Source: a plasmid
Sequence record: NZ_CP010801.1
Strand: one strand, 5' to 3'
Length of the DNA stretch: 64,000 nucleotides
Position 1 is the first letter of the stretch; every line of letters begins with the position of its first letter. Below are positions 63,905 through 64,000 of this stretch, one piece after another. Under the pieces are notes generated by a model that saw nothing but the letters and a program-made list of their open reading frames with translations, had not been told where the DNA came from and ran no database searches. Made by a program: the position numbers and the translations under genes.

Positions 63905-64000
63905 TAACCAAACCGGGCCACGCGCCTGCTTATTTCGGGAAAGACGATACGGTCGACGACGTGGAAGAGAATTAACGCAATTCAGGACAACCAGAAAGGA

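Noticed and set aside
1-64000. tRNA or rRNA genes
   Set aside because: Cloverleaf-like T-arm or anticodon-stem patterns were not found on inspection. tRNAscan-SE would be needed to be definitive.

Overview
This window is a high-GC (about 65%) Burkholderiales-like segment that looks like one large mobile replicon, either a conjugative plasmid or a plasmid-like ICE. It has four parts.

- **1-12.9 kb, type IVB thin-pilus operon.** An R64/PAPI-1-style pilL-to-pilV cluster: two TcpQ-domain proteins, a PilN secretin lipoprotein, PilO, PilP, a PilQ GspE-type ATPase, a PilR GspF-type membrane protein, a PilS pilin, a second PilT-like ATPase, a small PilM-like protein, a large PilV-like adhesin and a Cys-rich secreted protein.
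- **13-36 kb, accessory cargo.**
  - A CAP-domain lipoprotein and a ribbon-helix-helix regulator with a palindromic operator.
  - A bactofilin-like protein, followed by an HD hydrolase, an FAD oxidoreductase and an ATP-grasp protein in one operon.
  - A secreted DRGH nuclease.
  - An AT-rich islet carrying an H-NS-like silencer.
  - A roughly 1 kb non-coding GC-rich region with tandemly duplicated motifs.
  - A candidate DNA-modification cluster: an RNA polymerase alpha-CTD-like protein, a C5-cytosine methyltransferase, a nucleoside 2-deoxyribosyltransferase-like protein, a Gp37/Gp68-family protein, a Cys-rich protein and a PAPS-reductase-like PP-loop protein.
  - An IS1595-family IS element.
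  - A UDG-superfamily-like protein.
  - A PIN-domain/Phd toxin-antitoxin (TA) pair.
  - A 406-aa tyrosine recombinase.
- **36-44 kb, replicon core.** Seven parS-like 18-bp palindromes (GTGTCCCA-NN-TGGGACAC) flank parA-parB. A 15-copy iteron array plus an AT-rich tract precedes a repA-like initiator, and a RecD2-like helicase lies beyond it.
- **44-64 kb, array of mostly small genes.** Almost every gene sits behind the same terminator-plus-promoter-like module (hairpin, T-run, CAACCA, CTGAA, CCGGC-N6-GCCGG palindrome, AGGAG, ATG). I count 14 copies, all on the plus strand. The genes include a dNMP kinase, a YqaJ-like exonuclease, a possible Rad52-like annealing protein and a RES-Xre TA pair. 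A membrane tandem-AAA+ ATPase paired with an Lnt-like CN-hydrolase follows, then a 619-aa IntB13-like integrase and a Zn-finger/Toprim primase.

I saw no rRNA, tRNA or CRISPR. All calls are from reading the sequence, not from searches. Many predicted ORFs that lie antisense to the genes called here are treated as spurious.
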